Shown here piece after piece: positions 29,165 to 39,702 of a stretch of 52,294 nt of DNA (its first letter is position 1; the number at the start of each line of letters is the position of its first letter). The notes below the pieces were generated by a model. That model searched no databases and was not told the origin of the DNA. It worked only from the letters and a program-made list of their open reading frames with translations. A program made the position numbers and the translations under genes. The stretch comes from an uncultured Bacillales bacterium. GTDB lineage: Bacteria; Bacillota_I; Bacilli_A; RF39; UBA660. The stretch spans positions 1 through 52,294 of the forward strand of contig CAMUXV010000004.1 of the NCBI GenBank assembly GCA_947164795.1, written 5' to 3'.

Positions 29165-30040
29165 TTAGTTATTATCAATATAACTACTTACTTTTTCTAT
29201 TGTATTATTAAAATTATTATAATCTGTTTCAAACCATATTACCGGTAATTGATGATTAAAGAAAGTATATTGCCTTTTAGCATAATGTCTTGAATTTTTC
29301 TTAATTTTTTCAATAGCAGTATCTAACGATACATTACCATCAAAATAATCATATAATTCTTTATATCCAATAGCGTTAAGTAATGGTTTAGTTTTGATTC
29401 CCTTAGCATAAAAAGATTTTACTTCTTCTAATAATCCTTCTTTTATCATGATATCTACTCGATTATTTATTTTACAATATAATTGTTGTCTATCTGCTGT
29501 TAGACCAATAAATATTGTATCATATAAAAGTTTGTCCGTTTTGTTTTCGGATATAGATTTGTTATTTTCTTTATAATAGTTTAATGCTCTAATTAATCTT
29601 CTTCTATTATTTTTATCAATATCAATATCTTTATCTAATTTAATTAGTTCATTATATAATTCTTCAGTAGTTAAATTATCATAGGAATTATTTTCTTTTT
29701 CTTCTGATAATTTATAATCATAAAGTGCCGCTTTTATATAAAGACCTGTTCCTCCTACTATGATAGGGGTTTTATTTCTAGATAATATATCTTTAATCAT
29801 TCTTCGACAATCCTGTTGATAATGGTAGATTGTATATTCTTCATCTATATTTTTGATATCAAATAGATGATGCGGAATGCCATTCATTTCCTCCTTGGTT
29901 ACTTTTGCAGAACCAATATTCAATTCCTTATATACTTGAACAGCATCAGCATTTATTATTTCTCCATTGTATCTCTTAGCTAATTCTATGGACATTTTTG
30001 TTTTACCTACTGCAGTTGGCCCGGTTATTACTATTATCAT
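29165..30040 (-). CDS. miaA: tRNA dimethylallyltransferase
   Basis: GPTAVGKT, IGSAK, VGGTGLY, IGYKE, YAKRQYTFF. Confidence 0.97.
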   Translation of the reverse strand: MIIVITGPTAVGKTKMSIELAKRYNGEIINADAVQVYKELNIGSAKVTKEEMNGIPHHLFDIKNIDEEYTIYHYQQDCRRMIKDILSRNKTPIIVGGTGLYIKAALYDYKLSEEKENNSYDNLTTEELYNELIKLDKDIDIDKNNRRRLIRALNYYKENNKSISENKTDKLLYDTIFIGLTADRQQLYCKINNRVDIMIKEGLLEEVKSFYAKGIKTKPLLNAIGYKELYDYFDGNVSLDTAIEKIKKNSRHYAKRQYTFFNHQLPVIWFETDYNNFNNTIEKVSSYIDNN

Positions 30041-30435
30041 TTTTTTATTCCTTTACTTTCTTTTTTTGATATAAATTGTGTTATTCTAACAATTTCATTA
30101 TCATCTAATTCTTCATTTAAATCATACATTACTGGAAAAAAGCCTTTTAATTTTATTAAACCCTCTGTTGCTTTATCAATATCAATAAAGTATCCATGCT
30201 CACCTATAATTTTAGTTAAATATGAAAAAAATGTTCTGGCATTACCATCATAAAATATTTGCATATTAAATAATATAACACACAATTTAATAAAATCTTC
30301 TAGATTAAATTCTTTTTTATAGAAATCATCTAATTTTTTATAAACTTCTTCTAATTCAAAATTGTCAATTCTAATATTATTATCTTCTTTTATAAATTTT
30401 TGGTTAATTAATAATAATTCATTAAAGTATTTCAT
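30037..30435 (-). CDS. Small degenerate Fic/Doc-like protein
   Basis: QIFYDGNART aligns to HPFxDGNGRT with the His replaced; overlaps mutL (TAATG) and miaA (ATGA). Confidence 0.65.
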   Translation of the reverse strand: MKYFNELLLINQKFIKEDNNIRIDNFELEEVYKKLDDFYKKEFNLEDFIKLCVILFNMQIFYDGNARTFFSYLTKIIGEHGYFIDIDKATEGLIKLKGFFPVMYDLNEELDDNEIVRITQFISKKESKGIKK

Positions 30436-32210
30436 TATATGCTCCTTTTAAACATTTTTTCTAATTCATATATTGTAAAATTAATAATAGTTGGTCTTCC
30501 ATGAGGACAATTAAAGGGATTTTTACATTTTCTTAACTGACTTATTATACTTTCCATATCTTCGTTAGTTATTCTAGTGTTTCCTTTTACACTTGCTTTA
30601 CATGCCATAGTAGCCGCCAGATGGTCTAAGAATTTTTCTAAATTAAAATGTTTTTCTTCTTCTTTGATCATTTCAAATATATTTCTCATTGTTATTTCTT
30701 CCCTTCCTTTTGTAAACCATGTGGGATGAGAAATTATTCTAAATGAACTTTGTCCAAATTCTTCTACTTTGATATTTAATTTGTCTAAAATATCTATATT
30801 ATTTTTTAGAATAATATAATCTTGCATAGGAAGTTCTATTACGATTGGAACAATACTTTCAATAATATTATTATTAGGATGAGATAATAGATAAGAAAAT
30901 TTTTCGTAATTGATTCTTTCTTGAGCTGCATGCTGGTCGATTAAATAGATTCCTTTTTCATTTTCACAGACAATATACGTTCCATGAACTAACCCAATAG
31001 GATATAATTCAGGTAATTTTTCCGTAGGAAGTTCTTCAATATACTCTTCTTTTTCAAGAGTATCTAATTCATTATTTGGTTCATAATCAAAATTAATTAG
31101 CTTAGTAATTCTTTCTTTATCATCACTTTCTGTACTTTCACTTACGATAGTTCTTTCTAAGTTAAGAGTTAAATTTTCATAAGTAGGTTCTGCTACTGAT
31201 TCTTTTACTTCTATTTTTGGTATAAGTAATTTTGTTTTTATAACACTCTTTATTCCATTAGATATTAGTTCTTTTAAATCTTCAAAATTACTAAATTTAA
31301 TATCTTGCTTAGATGGATGAATATTTACATCAATAAGAGTTGGATCAGTCTTTATATTTAATACTACTATTGGATATCTAGTATCTTCTTTATATGATGA
31401 ATATGCTTCATTTATTACTTTATTTAATATTTGATTCTTTATAACTCTACCATTTACTAGTATGGTCATATGATTTCTAGTAGAACGATTTACTTCAGGT
31501 AGAGAAATATATCCTGATACTTCATAGTCATCATTACTTACATTTATTTCAAGCATTTTCTTGGCTACATCTAAGCCATATATTGATTTTATTACTTTTA
31601 ATAGATTCCCTGAACCATCTGTATTTAATAGTTCTTTTTCATCGTTTGTTAAAATAAATTTTATTTTAGGATAAGAGAGTGCCATTTTATTTACATATTC
31701 GATAACATTTGCTAACTCTGTATAAACATTTGATAGATGTTTTAGTCTAGCGGGTGTATTATAGAACATGTTTGTTACTGTTATTTGAGTACCAATTCTA
31801 GCATCAGAATTCTTTTCTTCAAGTAATTTTCCACCTTTAATATGGATTAAAGTTCCTATTTCATTTTGGCAAGTTTTTAGGATTACTTCAGATACTGCAG
31901 CGATTGAAGGAAGAGCTTCACCACGGAATCCTAATGATTTAATAGAAAATAAGTCATTATCTGTATATAGTTTACTTGTAGCGTGTCTTTGAAAGGCAAG
32001 AACAGCATCATCGTGGTCCATCCCTATTCCATTATCTGTGACTACTATTTGTCTTAGCCCTGATTCTTTTAAATCAATTTTAATAGTAGTTGCTCCGGCA
32101 TCGACAGAGTTTTCTACCAATTCTTTTACAATTGACACTACTTTTTCTACTACTTCTCCAGCTGCTATTTTGTTGGAAAGTAGTTCACTCATTACTCTTA
32201 TTTTACTCAT
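30435..32210 (-). CDS. mutL: DNA mismatch repair endonuclease MutL
   Basis: IAAGEVV, KELVENSVDAGA, GFRGEAL, DQHAAQERINYE, ACK, CPHGRP. Confidence 0.98.
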   Translation of the reverse strand: MSKIRVMSELLSNKIAAGEVVEKVVSIVKELVENSVDAGATTIKIDLKESGLRQIVVTDNGIGMDHDDAVLAFQRHATSKLYTDNDLFSIKSLGFRGEALPSIAAVSEVILKTCQNEIGTLIHIKGGKLLEEKNSDARIGTQITVTNMFYNTPARLKHLSNVYTELANVIEYVNKMALSYPKIKFILTNDEKELLNTDGSGNLLKVIKSIYGLDVAKKMLEINVSNDDYEVSGYISLPEVNRSTRNHMTILVNGRVIKNQILNKVINEAYSSYKEDTRYPIVVLNIKTDPTLIDVNIHPSKQDIKFSNFEDLKELISNGIKSVIKTKLLIPKIEVKESVAEPTYENLTLNLERTIVSESTESDDKERITKLINFDYEPNNELDTLEKEEYIEELPTEKLPELYPIGLVHGTYIVCENEKGIYLIDQHAAQERINYEKFSYLLSHPNNNIIESIVPIVIELPMQDYIILKNNIDILDKLNIKVEEFGQSSFRIISHPTWFTKGREEITMRNIFEMIKEEEKHFNLEKFLDHLAATMACKASVKGNTRITNEDMESIISQLRKCKNPFNCPHGRPTIINFTIYELEKMFKRSI

Positions 32211-32211
32211 A

Positions 32212-33078
32212 CTACACCTCTATCATCTTATATGGTCTTACTTTCCCATTACCATCTTGTTTATAGATAGCTATTTCATTATTATTATAATCCATTAATA
32301 ATGCTATATCATCCTCAAAAAAGCTATCTAATATCATACCATTTTTTATTTTCTTTAATAATTCATCATCTATTTTAGTTACTTTAATATTAGGAAGGGC
32401 TTCTTTTATAGATAGAAGGGTATATTTATCATCTTCTATTTGTTCTAATGTATATGAATTATCGATAGAAAAATTACCCTGCTTAGTTCTAATTAATTCT
32501 TTCATAGTGCCAAAAGTATCTAACTTATAGGCTATATCTCTGATTAGACTTCTGATATATGTGCCTTTACTTACTTCACATTTAATGGAAAATTCTATTG
32601 TGTCCTTCAAATATATTATATCACTTACTAATTCTAATGAAAATATTTCTATTTCCTTAGATGGTGGTGTCACTTCTATACCTGCTCTAGCATATTCATA
32701 TAGTTTTTTTCCATCTTTTTTTACTGCAGAATACATAGGTACTTGTTGATTATATTTGCCTATAAAAGAATTTAATACTTTTATTATTTCTTCTTTAGTA
32801 CAAGTTGGGATATTTCTATTTACTTCTTTACCAGTAACATCTAACATATCTGTCTCATACCCGAGTATTACTTTGGCAATATATTCTTTTCTCTCAGAAG
32901 TTAATAACTCTGATATTTTTAATGCTCTTCCTATTGGAACTACTAGAACTCCTTCTGCTATTGGATCTAGTGTACCGGTATGTCCTACTTTTTTAGTATT
33001 AAATTTTTCACATATGATATTTACGACATCTCTACTTGTTAAATCTTTTGGTTTATTTATTATTAATACACCATTCAT
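32212..33078 (-). CDS. truB: tRNA pseudouridine(55) synthase
   Basis: KVGHTGTLDP, PMYSAVK, SKGTYIRSL; likely start 33078. Confidence 0.96.
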   Translation of the reverse strand: MNGVLIINKPKDLTSRDVVNIICEKFNTKKVGHTGTLDPIAEGVLVVPIGRALKISELLTSERKEYIAKVILGYETDMLDVTGKEVNRNIPTCTKEEIIKVLNSFIGKYNQQVPMYSAVKKDGKKLYEYARAGIEVTPPSKEIEIFSLELVSDIIYLKDTIEFSIKCEVSKGTYIRSLIRDIAYKLDTFGTMKELIRTKQGNFSIDNSYTLEQIEDDKYTLLSIKEALPNIKVTKIDDELLKKIKNGMILDSFFEDDIALLMDYNNNEIAIYKQDGNGKVRPYKMIEV

Positions 33079-33091
33079 AATTATATAAAGC

Positions 33092-33125
33092 AAAACAATA
33101 TTATTAATTAAAATAATATTGTTTT
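33092..33125. terminator. AT-rich hairpin between rbfA and truB
   Basis: AAAACAATATTATT-AATTAA-AATAATATTGTTTT perfect 14-bp inverted repeat. Confidence 0.5.
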
Positions 33126-33129
33126 TAGC

Positions 33130-33471
33130 TTATTCCTCCTTGTTAATATCTCCAATTATCTTTTCTATTTTGTTACCATATTCAATTGATTTATCATAAA
33201 TAAATGTAAGTTCCGGCATTTTTCTTATTTCTACCATATCGAATAATTTTCCACGAATAAATCCACTTGCTTTATTTAAAGCATTATGAACTTTTTCCCT
33301 GTCTTCATCTATTAGATTAGTATAATATACTTTTGCATATGATAAATCACTTGAGATATCTACCGCTGTTATGGTAACAAATTTTATATCATCATCTTTT
33401 ACTTCTTCTGCTACTACTTTAGATATTGCTTCAGTAAAGATATGATTTAATCTTTCTAGTTTTATACTCAT
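33130..33471 (-). CDS. rbfA: Ribosome-binding factor A
   Basis: VTITAVDISSDLSYAKVY, ASGFIR, PELTFIYDKSIEYG. Confidence 0.96.
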   Translation of the reverse strand: MSIKLERLNHIFTEAISKVVAEEVKDDDIKFVTITAVDISSDLSYAKVYYTNLIDEDREKVHNALNKASGFIRGKLFDMVEIRKMPELTFIYDKSIEYGNKIEKIIGDINKEE

Positions 33472-33480
33472 GATATCACC

Positions 33481-33798
33481 TTATCTTGTTTTATTGTTAT
33501 TTTCTTCTACAGTATATTTTTCTGGTACTATTCCTACCTTTACTAAAAATTCTCCTCTTTTATATCCTGTTTTAAATGAAAATGTTGTTCTGGGATCAGT
33601 GAATGGTCCAATAGAACCAATTTCCTGATTTTCTACTTTAACGCCATTAAAGTATTCCTCAAAATATGCTTTTCTTCCAGCCTCATTTAACATTGAACCA
33701 TATGGTTTTTCCTCCGTCGGTATTACAGAGGCATTTTTTATTTCTTTATTAAATTTTATATCATCTGTAACTTTTCCAACATTATAACTTTCTTTCAT
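33481..33798 (-). CDS. Hypothetical protein inserted between infB and rbfA
   Basis: 105 aa, RBS AAGGAG, ends NNNKTR. Confidence 0.72.
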   Translation of the reverse strand: MKESYNVGKVTDDIKFNKEIKNASVIPTEEKPYGSMLNEAGRKAYFEEYFNGVKVENQEIGSIGPFTDPRTTFSFKTGYKRGEFLVKVGIVPEKYTVEENNNKTR

Positions 33799-33821
33799 TT
33801 TTAAAAATCTCCTTTTCTTTT

Positions 33822-35936
33822 TTATTTTTTTATTTCAACCATTTCATACGCTTCAATTACATCGCCTTCTTTGATATCATTGAAGTTATCGATTGTAATT
33901 CCACATTCTAGGCCTTGTTTTACTTCTTTTACTTGATCTTTTTCTCTAGCTAGAGAAGCAATAGTACTATTATTTATTACGACACCATCCCTTATTATTC
34001 TAGAACTAACATTTCTCTTAATTACTCCTGATGTTACATAAGATCCTGCTATTGTTCCTACCTTAGAAAACTTAAATATTTTTCTTACTTCGGCAGTTCC
34101 CAATACTTTTTCTTCAAACTCTGGTTCTAGTTTTCCTTTTAAAGCATCTTCCATATCTTCAACTACCTTGTAAATAATATCATAATATCTTATTTCTATT
34201 CCTTTGTCTTTAGCAGTCTCTGACACTTTATGGTCTGGTCTTATATTAAATCCAATTATTATAGCATTAGATGCATCTGCTAGTATTACATCACTTTCTG
34301 ATATGCCACCAATACCACTTCTTATGACATTTACTTTTATTCCATCAACATCTAGTTTTAATAGTGAGTTTTTAACGGCTTCTTCACTACCTTTAACATC
34401 AGCTTTTAGAATAACATTTATTTCTTTTTCTCCAGCTTCTACTCTATTAAATAAGTCATCTAATGAAATTGCTGACTTTGGTCTATTTTGTCTTTCTTTC
34501 TCGATCTTTTGTCTTTGGGCAGCTATTGCTTTAGCCTTTTTTTCACTTTCAAAGGCCATAAACTTATCTCCTGCTGATGGGCTTTCAGATAGCCCAGTAA
34601 TTGATACTGGCATAGATGGAAGAGCTTCTACTAGATTTTCTCCTTTATCATTTTTTAAAGTTCTAACTTTACCAGAAATATTTCCTACGACAATCGGATC
34701 TCCCAGTCTTAGTGTTCCATTTTGTACTAAGATATTTGTTACTACTCCAGAATTTTTATCTAATTTAGATTCAATCACTGTTCCTAGTGCATATCTATTT
34801 GGATTAGCTTTTAATTCTCCTAGTTCACTAAGCAGTAAAATTCTTTCTAATAAGTCATCAATACCTTGTCCTGTTACTGCAGAGATATTAACGAACATTA
34901 TATCTCCACCCCAAGCTTCAGGTTGCAATCCATTAGCAGACATTTCTGTTAATACTTTTTCAACATTAGCAGTTGGTTTATCTATTTTATTTACTGCTAC
35001 GATTATTGGTACTCCTGCTGCTTTAGCATGGTCTATTGCTTCTTTAGTTTGAGGCATTACTCCGTCATCAGCAGCTACAATAATAATTACAATATCGGTA
35101 ATTGATGCTCCTCTTGCTCTCATTTCAGTAAATGCTGCATGTCCAGGAGTATCAATAAAGGTTAATTTCTTTCCATTATATTCAATTTGATATGCCCCAA
35201 TAGCCTGAGTGATTCCTCCTGCTTCTCCTCCTGCTACATTAGTCTTTCTTATAGTATCTAGTAGTGTTGTTTTTCCATGATCTACATGGCCCATAATTGT
35301 AATTACTGGTGGTCTTTCTACTAAATCTTTTGGATTATCTACTATTTCTAATTCTTCAAAGTTTACTTCATCTCTCGATGTTTCACTTTTTAGTATTTTA
35401 TTATAGTCAGATACAATTATTTCTACTGTATCAAAATCTAGTGATGCATTAATATTAGCCATCATACCTAATCCCATTAATTTCTTAATGATTTGACCTA
35501 CTGATTCATTTAGACTAGAAGCAAGTTCTCCTACTGTCATTCCTTCTTTATACAAAATAACATTTTCATCAGCTTCTGCTACATTTGATTGTAGTTTTTC
35601 TTTATGCTTATACATTTCTTTTCTTTTTTCTTTGAAATTGTCATTATTTTGTATATTCTTCTTAATAGGCTTCTTTGATGGTTTGATTTCTTTTTTCTCA
35701 TTTGATGCTAATTCTTCTAGTTCTTCTTCAAACGCTTCTTCATCATCAGATTCTACTGCTTCTTCTATTTCTTCTTCAGTAGTTTCCATATTTGCTATTT
35801 CATTATCTAGCATAATTATATCATCATCAGATAGTATATCTTCTTCAGAACTAGCTCTAATATCAAGTTTTTTACATAAACTTAATATTTCTTTTACATC
35901 TTTTCCTACATCACTTGCATATTCAGATACATTCAT
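33822..35936 (-). CDS. infB: Translation initiation factor IF-2
   Basis: [37 protein letters not shown]; likely start 35936. Confidence 0.98.
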   Translation of the reverse strand: MNVSEYASDVGKDVKEILSLCKKLDIRASSEEDILSDDDIIMLDNEIANMETTEEEIEEAVESDDEEAFEEELEELASNEKKEIKPSKKPIKKNIQNNDNFKEKRKEMYKHKEKLQSNVAEADENVILYKEGMTVGELASSLNESVGQIIKKLMGLGMMANINASLDFDTVEIIVSDYNKILKSETSRDEVNFEELEIVDNPKDLVERPPVITIMGHVDHGKTTLLDTIRKTNVAGGEAGGITQAIGAYQIEYNGKKLTFIDTPGHAAFTEMRARGASITDIVIIIVAADDGVMPQTKEAIDHAKAAGVPIIVAVNKIDKPTANVEKVLTEMSANGLQPEAWGGDIMFVNISAVTGQGIDDLLERILLLSELGELKANPNRYALGTVIESKLDKNSGVVTNILVQNGTLRLGDPIVVGNISGKVRTLKNDKGENLVEALPSMPVSITGLSESPSAGDKFMAFESEKKAKAIAAQRQKIEKERQNRPKSAISLDDLFNRVEAGEKEINVILKADVKGSEEAVKNSLLKLDVDGIKVNVIRSGIGGISESDVILADASNAIIIGFNIRPDHKVSETAKDKGIEIRYYDIIYKVVEDMEDALKGKLEPEFEEKVLGTAEVRKIFKFSKVGTIAGSYVTSGVIKRNVSSRIIRDGVVINNSTIASLAREKDQVKEVKQGLECGITIDNFNDIKEGDVIEAYEMVEIKK

Positions 35937-35954
35937 CGTATGTATCACCTCCTA

Positions 35955-36221
35955 TTAATTTTTTATTACTTTTTCTATTTCATCATACACTTCTTCACTT
36001 ATATTTATTTCAAGTGCTCTTTCTAATATTTTTTTATCTTTAGCTAGTTTTAGTACTTCAATATCTTTCTTGATATAAGCACCTCTACCATTTGCTTTGC
36101 CTGTTTGGTCAACAGTTATATTGCCATCTTTATCTCTAACAATACGAAGAAGTTCTTTTTTAGGTAGTTGCTCTTTTGTTACTACACATCTTCTTAAAGG
36201 TATTTTCTTCACACTATTCAC
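35955..36221 (-). CDS. ylxR: YlxR/RnpM RNA-binding protein
   Basis: IPLRRCVVT, LLRIVR, TGKANGRGAY. Confidence 0.93.
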   Translation of the reverse strand: MNSVKKIPLRRCVVTKEQLPKKELLRIVRDKDGNITVDQTGKANGRGAYIKKDIEVLKLAKDKKILERALEINISEEVYDEIEKVIKN

Positions 36222-37302
36222 CTTCTTCGATAGTTTCTTCAGTAGTTTCTACATAGTCCTTTTCAGGTTTCACTTCAATCTTATAGTGAGTTAATCTTGA
36301 AGCTAGTTTTACATTTTGTCCTTTTTTACCAATAGCTAATGATAAGTTTTCATCATCTACTAATGCTAAAGCTTCTTTCTTATTTTCATCTTTAATAGAT
36401 ACTTTAACATTCTTCGCAGGACTTAAGGCATTAGCAATAAATTTAACTGGATCTTTATCGTATAGAACAACATCTATCTTTTCACCATTTAATTCTTTTA
36501 ATACTGATGCTATTCTTCTTCCTTTTTCACCAATTACTGCTCCAATTGGGTCAACATTAGTATATTCAGTATATACGGCTATTTTACTTCTTGATCCTGC
36601 TTCTCTTGCTACTGAGTATAACATTACTGTACCATCAGATAATTCTGGTATTTCTATTTCTAGTAATCTTTTTACAAATCCATAATGACTTCTAGAAAGC
36701 ATAATGAATGGTCCTTTAGGTCCTATTTCTAATTTAGAAACATAAACCTTTACTGATGAACCCATTACTAGTTTTTCTCCAGGTATAATTTGATCTTTAG
36801 GTAGAATGCCGCTACTACGTCCTAAGTCAACAAAATAGTTATGTTGGTCTTCTCTTTGAAGAACACCGACCATTAATTCTCCATCTTTATCTTTGAATTC
36901 TTCTGATATACTTTCTTTTTCTGCTTCTTTAATTCTTTGAACGACTATTTGTTTAGCAGTACCTGCTGCTACTCTACCGAAGTTACTTGGGATAGTTAAT
37001 TCATTTCCTCTTATTGTTTCTCCTACTTCAATATCATCTACTATTTTTCTAGCTTCTTCTAATGATATTTCTGTTTCTGGATTAGTAACTTCTTCTTCAA
37101 CAACAGTTCGATTAGAATATAATCTAATATCTCCAGTTTCAGCATCAACACTAGCTTCAACATTACTTACTCCTTCATTTTTCTTGTAAGCTGCTGCCAT
37201 AGCTTGTTCCATTGCTTCAATAACGATCTTTTTATCTACTTTCTTTTCTTCTGCTATTGAATTTAATGCTTTTAAGAATTCTTGCATTTGCTTCTTATTC
37301 AT
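36214..37302 (-). CDS. nusA: Transcription factor NusA
   Basis: FGRVAAGTAKQ, AREAGSRSK, SLAIGKKGQNVKLA; likely start 37302. Confidence 0.97.
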   Translation of the reverse strand: MNKKQMQEFLKALNSIAEEKKVDKKIVIEAMEQAMAAAYKKNEGVSNVEASVDAETGDIRLYSNRTVVEEEVTNPETEISLEEARKIVDDIEVGETIRGNELTIPSNFGRVAAGTAKQIVVQRIKEAEKESISEEFKDKDGELMVGVLQREDQHNYFVDLGRSSGILPKDQIIPGEKLVMGSSVKVYVSKLEIGPKGPFIMLSRSHYGFVKRLLEIEIPELSDGTVMLYSVAREAGSRSKIAVYTEYTNVDPIGAVIGEKGRRIASVLKELNGEKIDVVLYDKDPVKFIANALSPAKNVKVSIKDENKKEALALVDDENLSLAIGKKGQNVKLASRLTHYKIEVKPEKDYVETTEETIEEGE

Positions 37303-37552
37303 TTTCAATTCTTCCCTTCTCTTTAGTTGATACATCTAATGTATATGACTCTTCAATTAAATCTGCTTTATCTAGTAGAGGATTAATAATATTTGTTACT
37401 TCAACACATTTATCTAAGTCAATTATTTCATCTCGATCAATAACTATTCTTAAGAATAAGTTATTATCCTCTTTTTCTAATTTAACTGAGTCGATTCTTA
37501 CTCCCACTTTTTCTACTTCTTCTTCTAGTAATTTTTTTATTTTTTCTTCCAT
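37295..37552 (-). CDS. rimP: Ribosome maturation factor RimP, N-terminal domain only
   Basis: LRIVID, IDLDKCVEVT, LDKADLIEESYTLDVS; first gene of the nusA operon; only 85 aa. Confidence 0.85.
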   Translation of the reverse strand: MEEKIKKLLEEEVEKVGVRIDSVKLEKEDNNLFLRIVIDRDEIIDLDKCVEVTNIINPLLDKADLIEESYTLDVSTKEKGRIENE

Positions 37553-37574
37553 AACTCCTCCTTTTAATATATAT

Positions 37575-37646
37575 AAAAGAGTGGATATTTATGCCACTCT
37601 TTCTCAAGACAACTATATTATAGCACATTTATTTGTAAATGTACAA
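37575..37646 (-). promoter_or_regulatory. SigA promoter and leader attenuator hairpin of the rimP-nusA operon
   Basis: TTGTAC-18-TATAAT with TG extension, then AAAGAGTGG-9-CCACTCTTT(T) before the RBS; resembles the NusA-dependent ylxS leader terminator of Bacillus. Confidence 0.7.
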
Positions 37647-37653
37647 GACATTT

Positions 37654-38523
37654 CTAAATCATTTTTAATATTTTTGCTTTATTATTATCAGATGATTTTC
37701 TATTCATATTCTCTTCGAGAAAATTTCCATGAATAAAAATATTTTTTAAAATATATTCATAAATTTCTAATTTTGTATCAATTGGATGACCATTCCATAA
37801 TTGTAAATGGCATTTATTTAAATCAAGTTTTAGTTCTTCGCCCAAATTAACACTCACTTTACATTTTTCTTCATTATTTATAGCAGCAGTACCAACGTAT
37901 ATATTCATACTACTTAATCCGCTAAATAGATTTTTTTCTATACAATCAATTTTAGTATTTATACCTGAACATGATATACCACTACTAATAAATTTATTAT
38001 TTAGAAATCTATATAGTTCTAAAAACAATTGATGTTTTTGAAATAAATCTAAATATAACTTAAATATGCTCTCATCTATGCCTAAGTCTATTTCATCAAA
38101 AAAATAATCTTCACCAGCAGAAAGTCCATTAGTTATGTATGTATTAACTATATTATTTTCTTCTTTAATTTCTAAGAGTATTTTTTCGCCATCATAAAAT
38201 GCAGGGTTTTCTATTAATAAAGTTAAGTATTTATTTTTATCTTTACTTTCAAAAAAAGATAAATCTCTAATTGATTTTTCAAATGGCATTTTTTCTAATT
38301 TGTCTAGATCATGTTTAAACGATATATATAATTTATTAAAAGAATTAATTAAATTATAAATGCTAATGCTTTCTTCTATATTTTTTACATCAATATTATC
38401 TATATTATTTATATTTTCACGATATTCTTTCATAGATATGGACTTAGTAAATCCTAAACTAAGCTCTTTTGTCCAACGTTTGATTTCATTAGAATATCTA
38501 TCATATCTTTCCATATTAGTCAC
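37654..38523 (-). CDS. Hypothetical protein
   Basis: 289-aa ORF, no recognised motif. Confidence 0.72.
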   Translation of the reverse strand: MTNMERYDRYSNEIKRWTKELSLGFTKSISMKEYRENINNIDNIDVKNIEESISIYNLINSFNKLYISFKHDLDKLEKMPFEKSIRDLSFFESKDKNKYLTLLIENPAFYDGEKILLEIKEENNIVNTYITNGLSAGEDYFFDEIDLGIDESIFKLYLDLFQKHQLFLELYRFLNNKFISSGISCSGINTKIDCIEKNLFSGLSSMNIYVGTAAINNEEKCKVSVNLGEELKLDLNKCHLQLWNGHPIDTKLEIYEYILKNIFIHGNFLEENMNRKSSDNNKAKILKMI

Positions 38524-38576
38524 CTCAACAATTTGCTTATTATTATATTCAATTGTTCTTATCTTGTCAATTGTTT

Positions 38577-39473
38577 TTAAACCAACTCATACTCTTTAGA
38601 TAATATTCTAGAATCAGAACAGTATTCCATAATAAACTTGTTATTTTTACTAGATATAATGATACCTATTGTTTTATCTTGTGTTGGTTTTCTTATAGTA
38701 CTATCTATATAGTTCATATAGACTCCTATCTGACCGATATGTTCTTTTTTTAATTTAGTTACTTTTAGTTCTATAACTATGTAACAATTATATTCTAGAT
38801 TAAAAAGAAGAAAATCAATATAATGGTAATCACTTCCTATCTTTATTTTATATTCACTATCTATAAAAGCAAAGCCACTTCCTAATTCTTTTAAGAAACT
38901 AGGCATGTCTTCAAGTATTAGTTTATGTAATGTTTTTTCTGTAACTACTTCTATATCATCAGGATTATGAATAATAATAGGATTTTTGATAATGTCTTGT
39001 ACTTTAATTTCTTCCTTGGTTATTAATTTATGCTTTGTCTTTTCTGGTAATCTTTCATATTCCTTATTTTTTATTCTATCGCTTAATTCTCTATAGGATA
39101 ATTTTTGATTTAAGCACAGATTTATATAATACTCAATTTCGTAATCATCTTTTAATGGTAACAATTGGATATAGTGAGTCCATGTTAATTGGGCAATCAT
39201 TGCTTGCCCTTTTTGAAATAAATAAAATTTTCTCATATATTTTAATGAGCGAATACTATATCCTTTGCCTAATTCTTTTGTTAACCTTTTTGAATATTCT
39301 TTAATCAAGCTATCTCCATATTTAGCTCTTTCTTCTCCACCTTGAGCTTCAATAAGTAGTTTACCAACATTATAGTAGGTATCTAAATCACTTTTGTTCT
39401 TGCTATAATCTTTTACTTTCTTAGTTACTTCATTATTTATTAATTCATTTTTTATTTCATTATAATAATTCAT
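38577..39473 (-). CDS. YhcG/DUF1016 PD-(D/E)xK nuclease-domain protein
   Basis: YNVGKLL, LKYMRKFY, LTWTHY, ELGSGFAF, IDFLLFN, VIELK, GQIGVYMNY. Confidence 0.9.
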   Translation of the reverse strand: MNYYNEIKNELINNEVTKKVKDYSKNKSDLDTYYNVGKLLIEAQGGEERAKYGDSLIKEYSKRLTKELGKGYSIRSLKYMRKFYLFQKGQAMIAQLTWTHYIQLLPLKDDYEIEYYINLCLNQKLSYRELSDRIKNKEYERLPEKTKHKLITKEEIKVQDIIKNPIIIHNPDDIEVVTEKTLHKLILEDMPSFLKELGSGFAFIDSEYKIKIGSDYHYIDFLLFNLEYNCYIVIELKVTKLKKEHIGQIGVYMNYIDSTIRKPTQDKTIGIIISSKNNKFIMEYCSDSRILSKEYELV

Positions 39474-39561
39474 TTTATGTTCCTTTCTTTATTTAGTTTT
39501 TTATAATAATATTATTAAATATGAATATACTACTATTGATATGATAATAATAGTATTTATA

Positions 39562-39591
39562 TTGACAAAATATATATCATTATGTTATTAT
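39562..39591 (+). promoter_or_regulatory. SigA-type promoter with no downstream + strand ORF
   Basis: TTGACA-18-TATTAT with TG extension. Confidence 0.65.
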
Positions 39592-39597
39592 TGTATT

Positions 39598-39702
39598 ACC
39601 GAAGAGCAATGCTCTTGACAGGTCTATAACTGATGTATGATTTATAATTTAGTGCTTTGCACCATCTCAGTTAGGAAGGGAAACTTATGTTTCTCTTTTT
39701 TT
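39598..39702 (+). ncRNA. Putative structured small RNA convergent on the DUF3800 gene
   Basis: AAGAGC/GCTCTT hairpin closed by ACC/GGT; TAACTGA/TCAGTTA stem enclosing GTGC/GCAC; terminator AGGGAAAC-TTAT-GTTTCTCT with a T tract on the + strand only. Confidence 0.68.

Noticed and set aside
39598-39702. Treating the structured RNA as a riboswitch or only as the DUF3800 terminator
   Set aside because: No same-strand downstream gene; T tract is on the + strand; upstream stems and promoter are unexplained by a terminator alone
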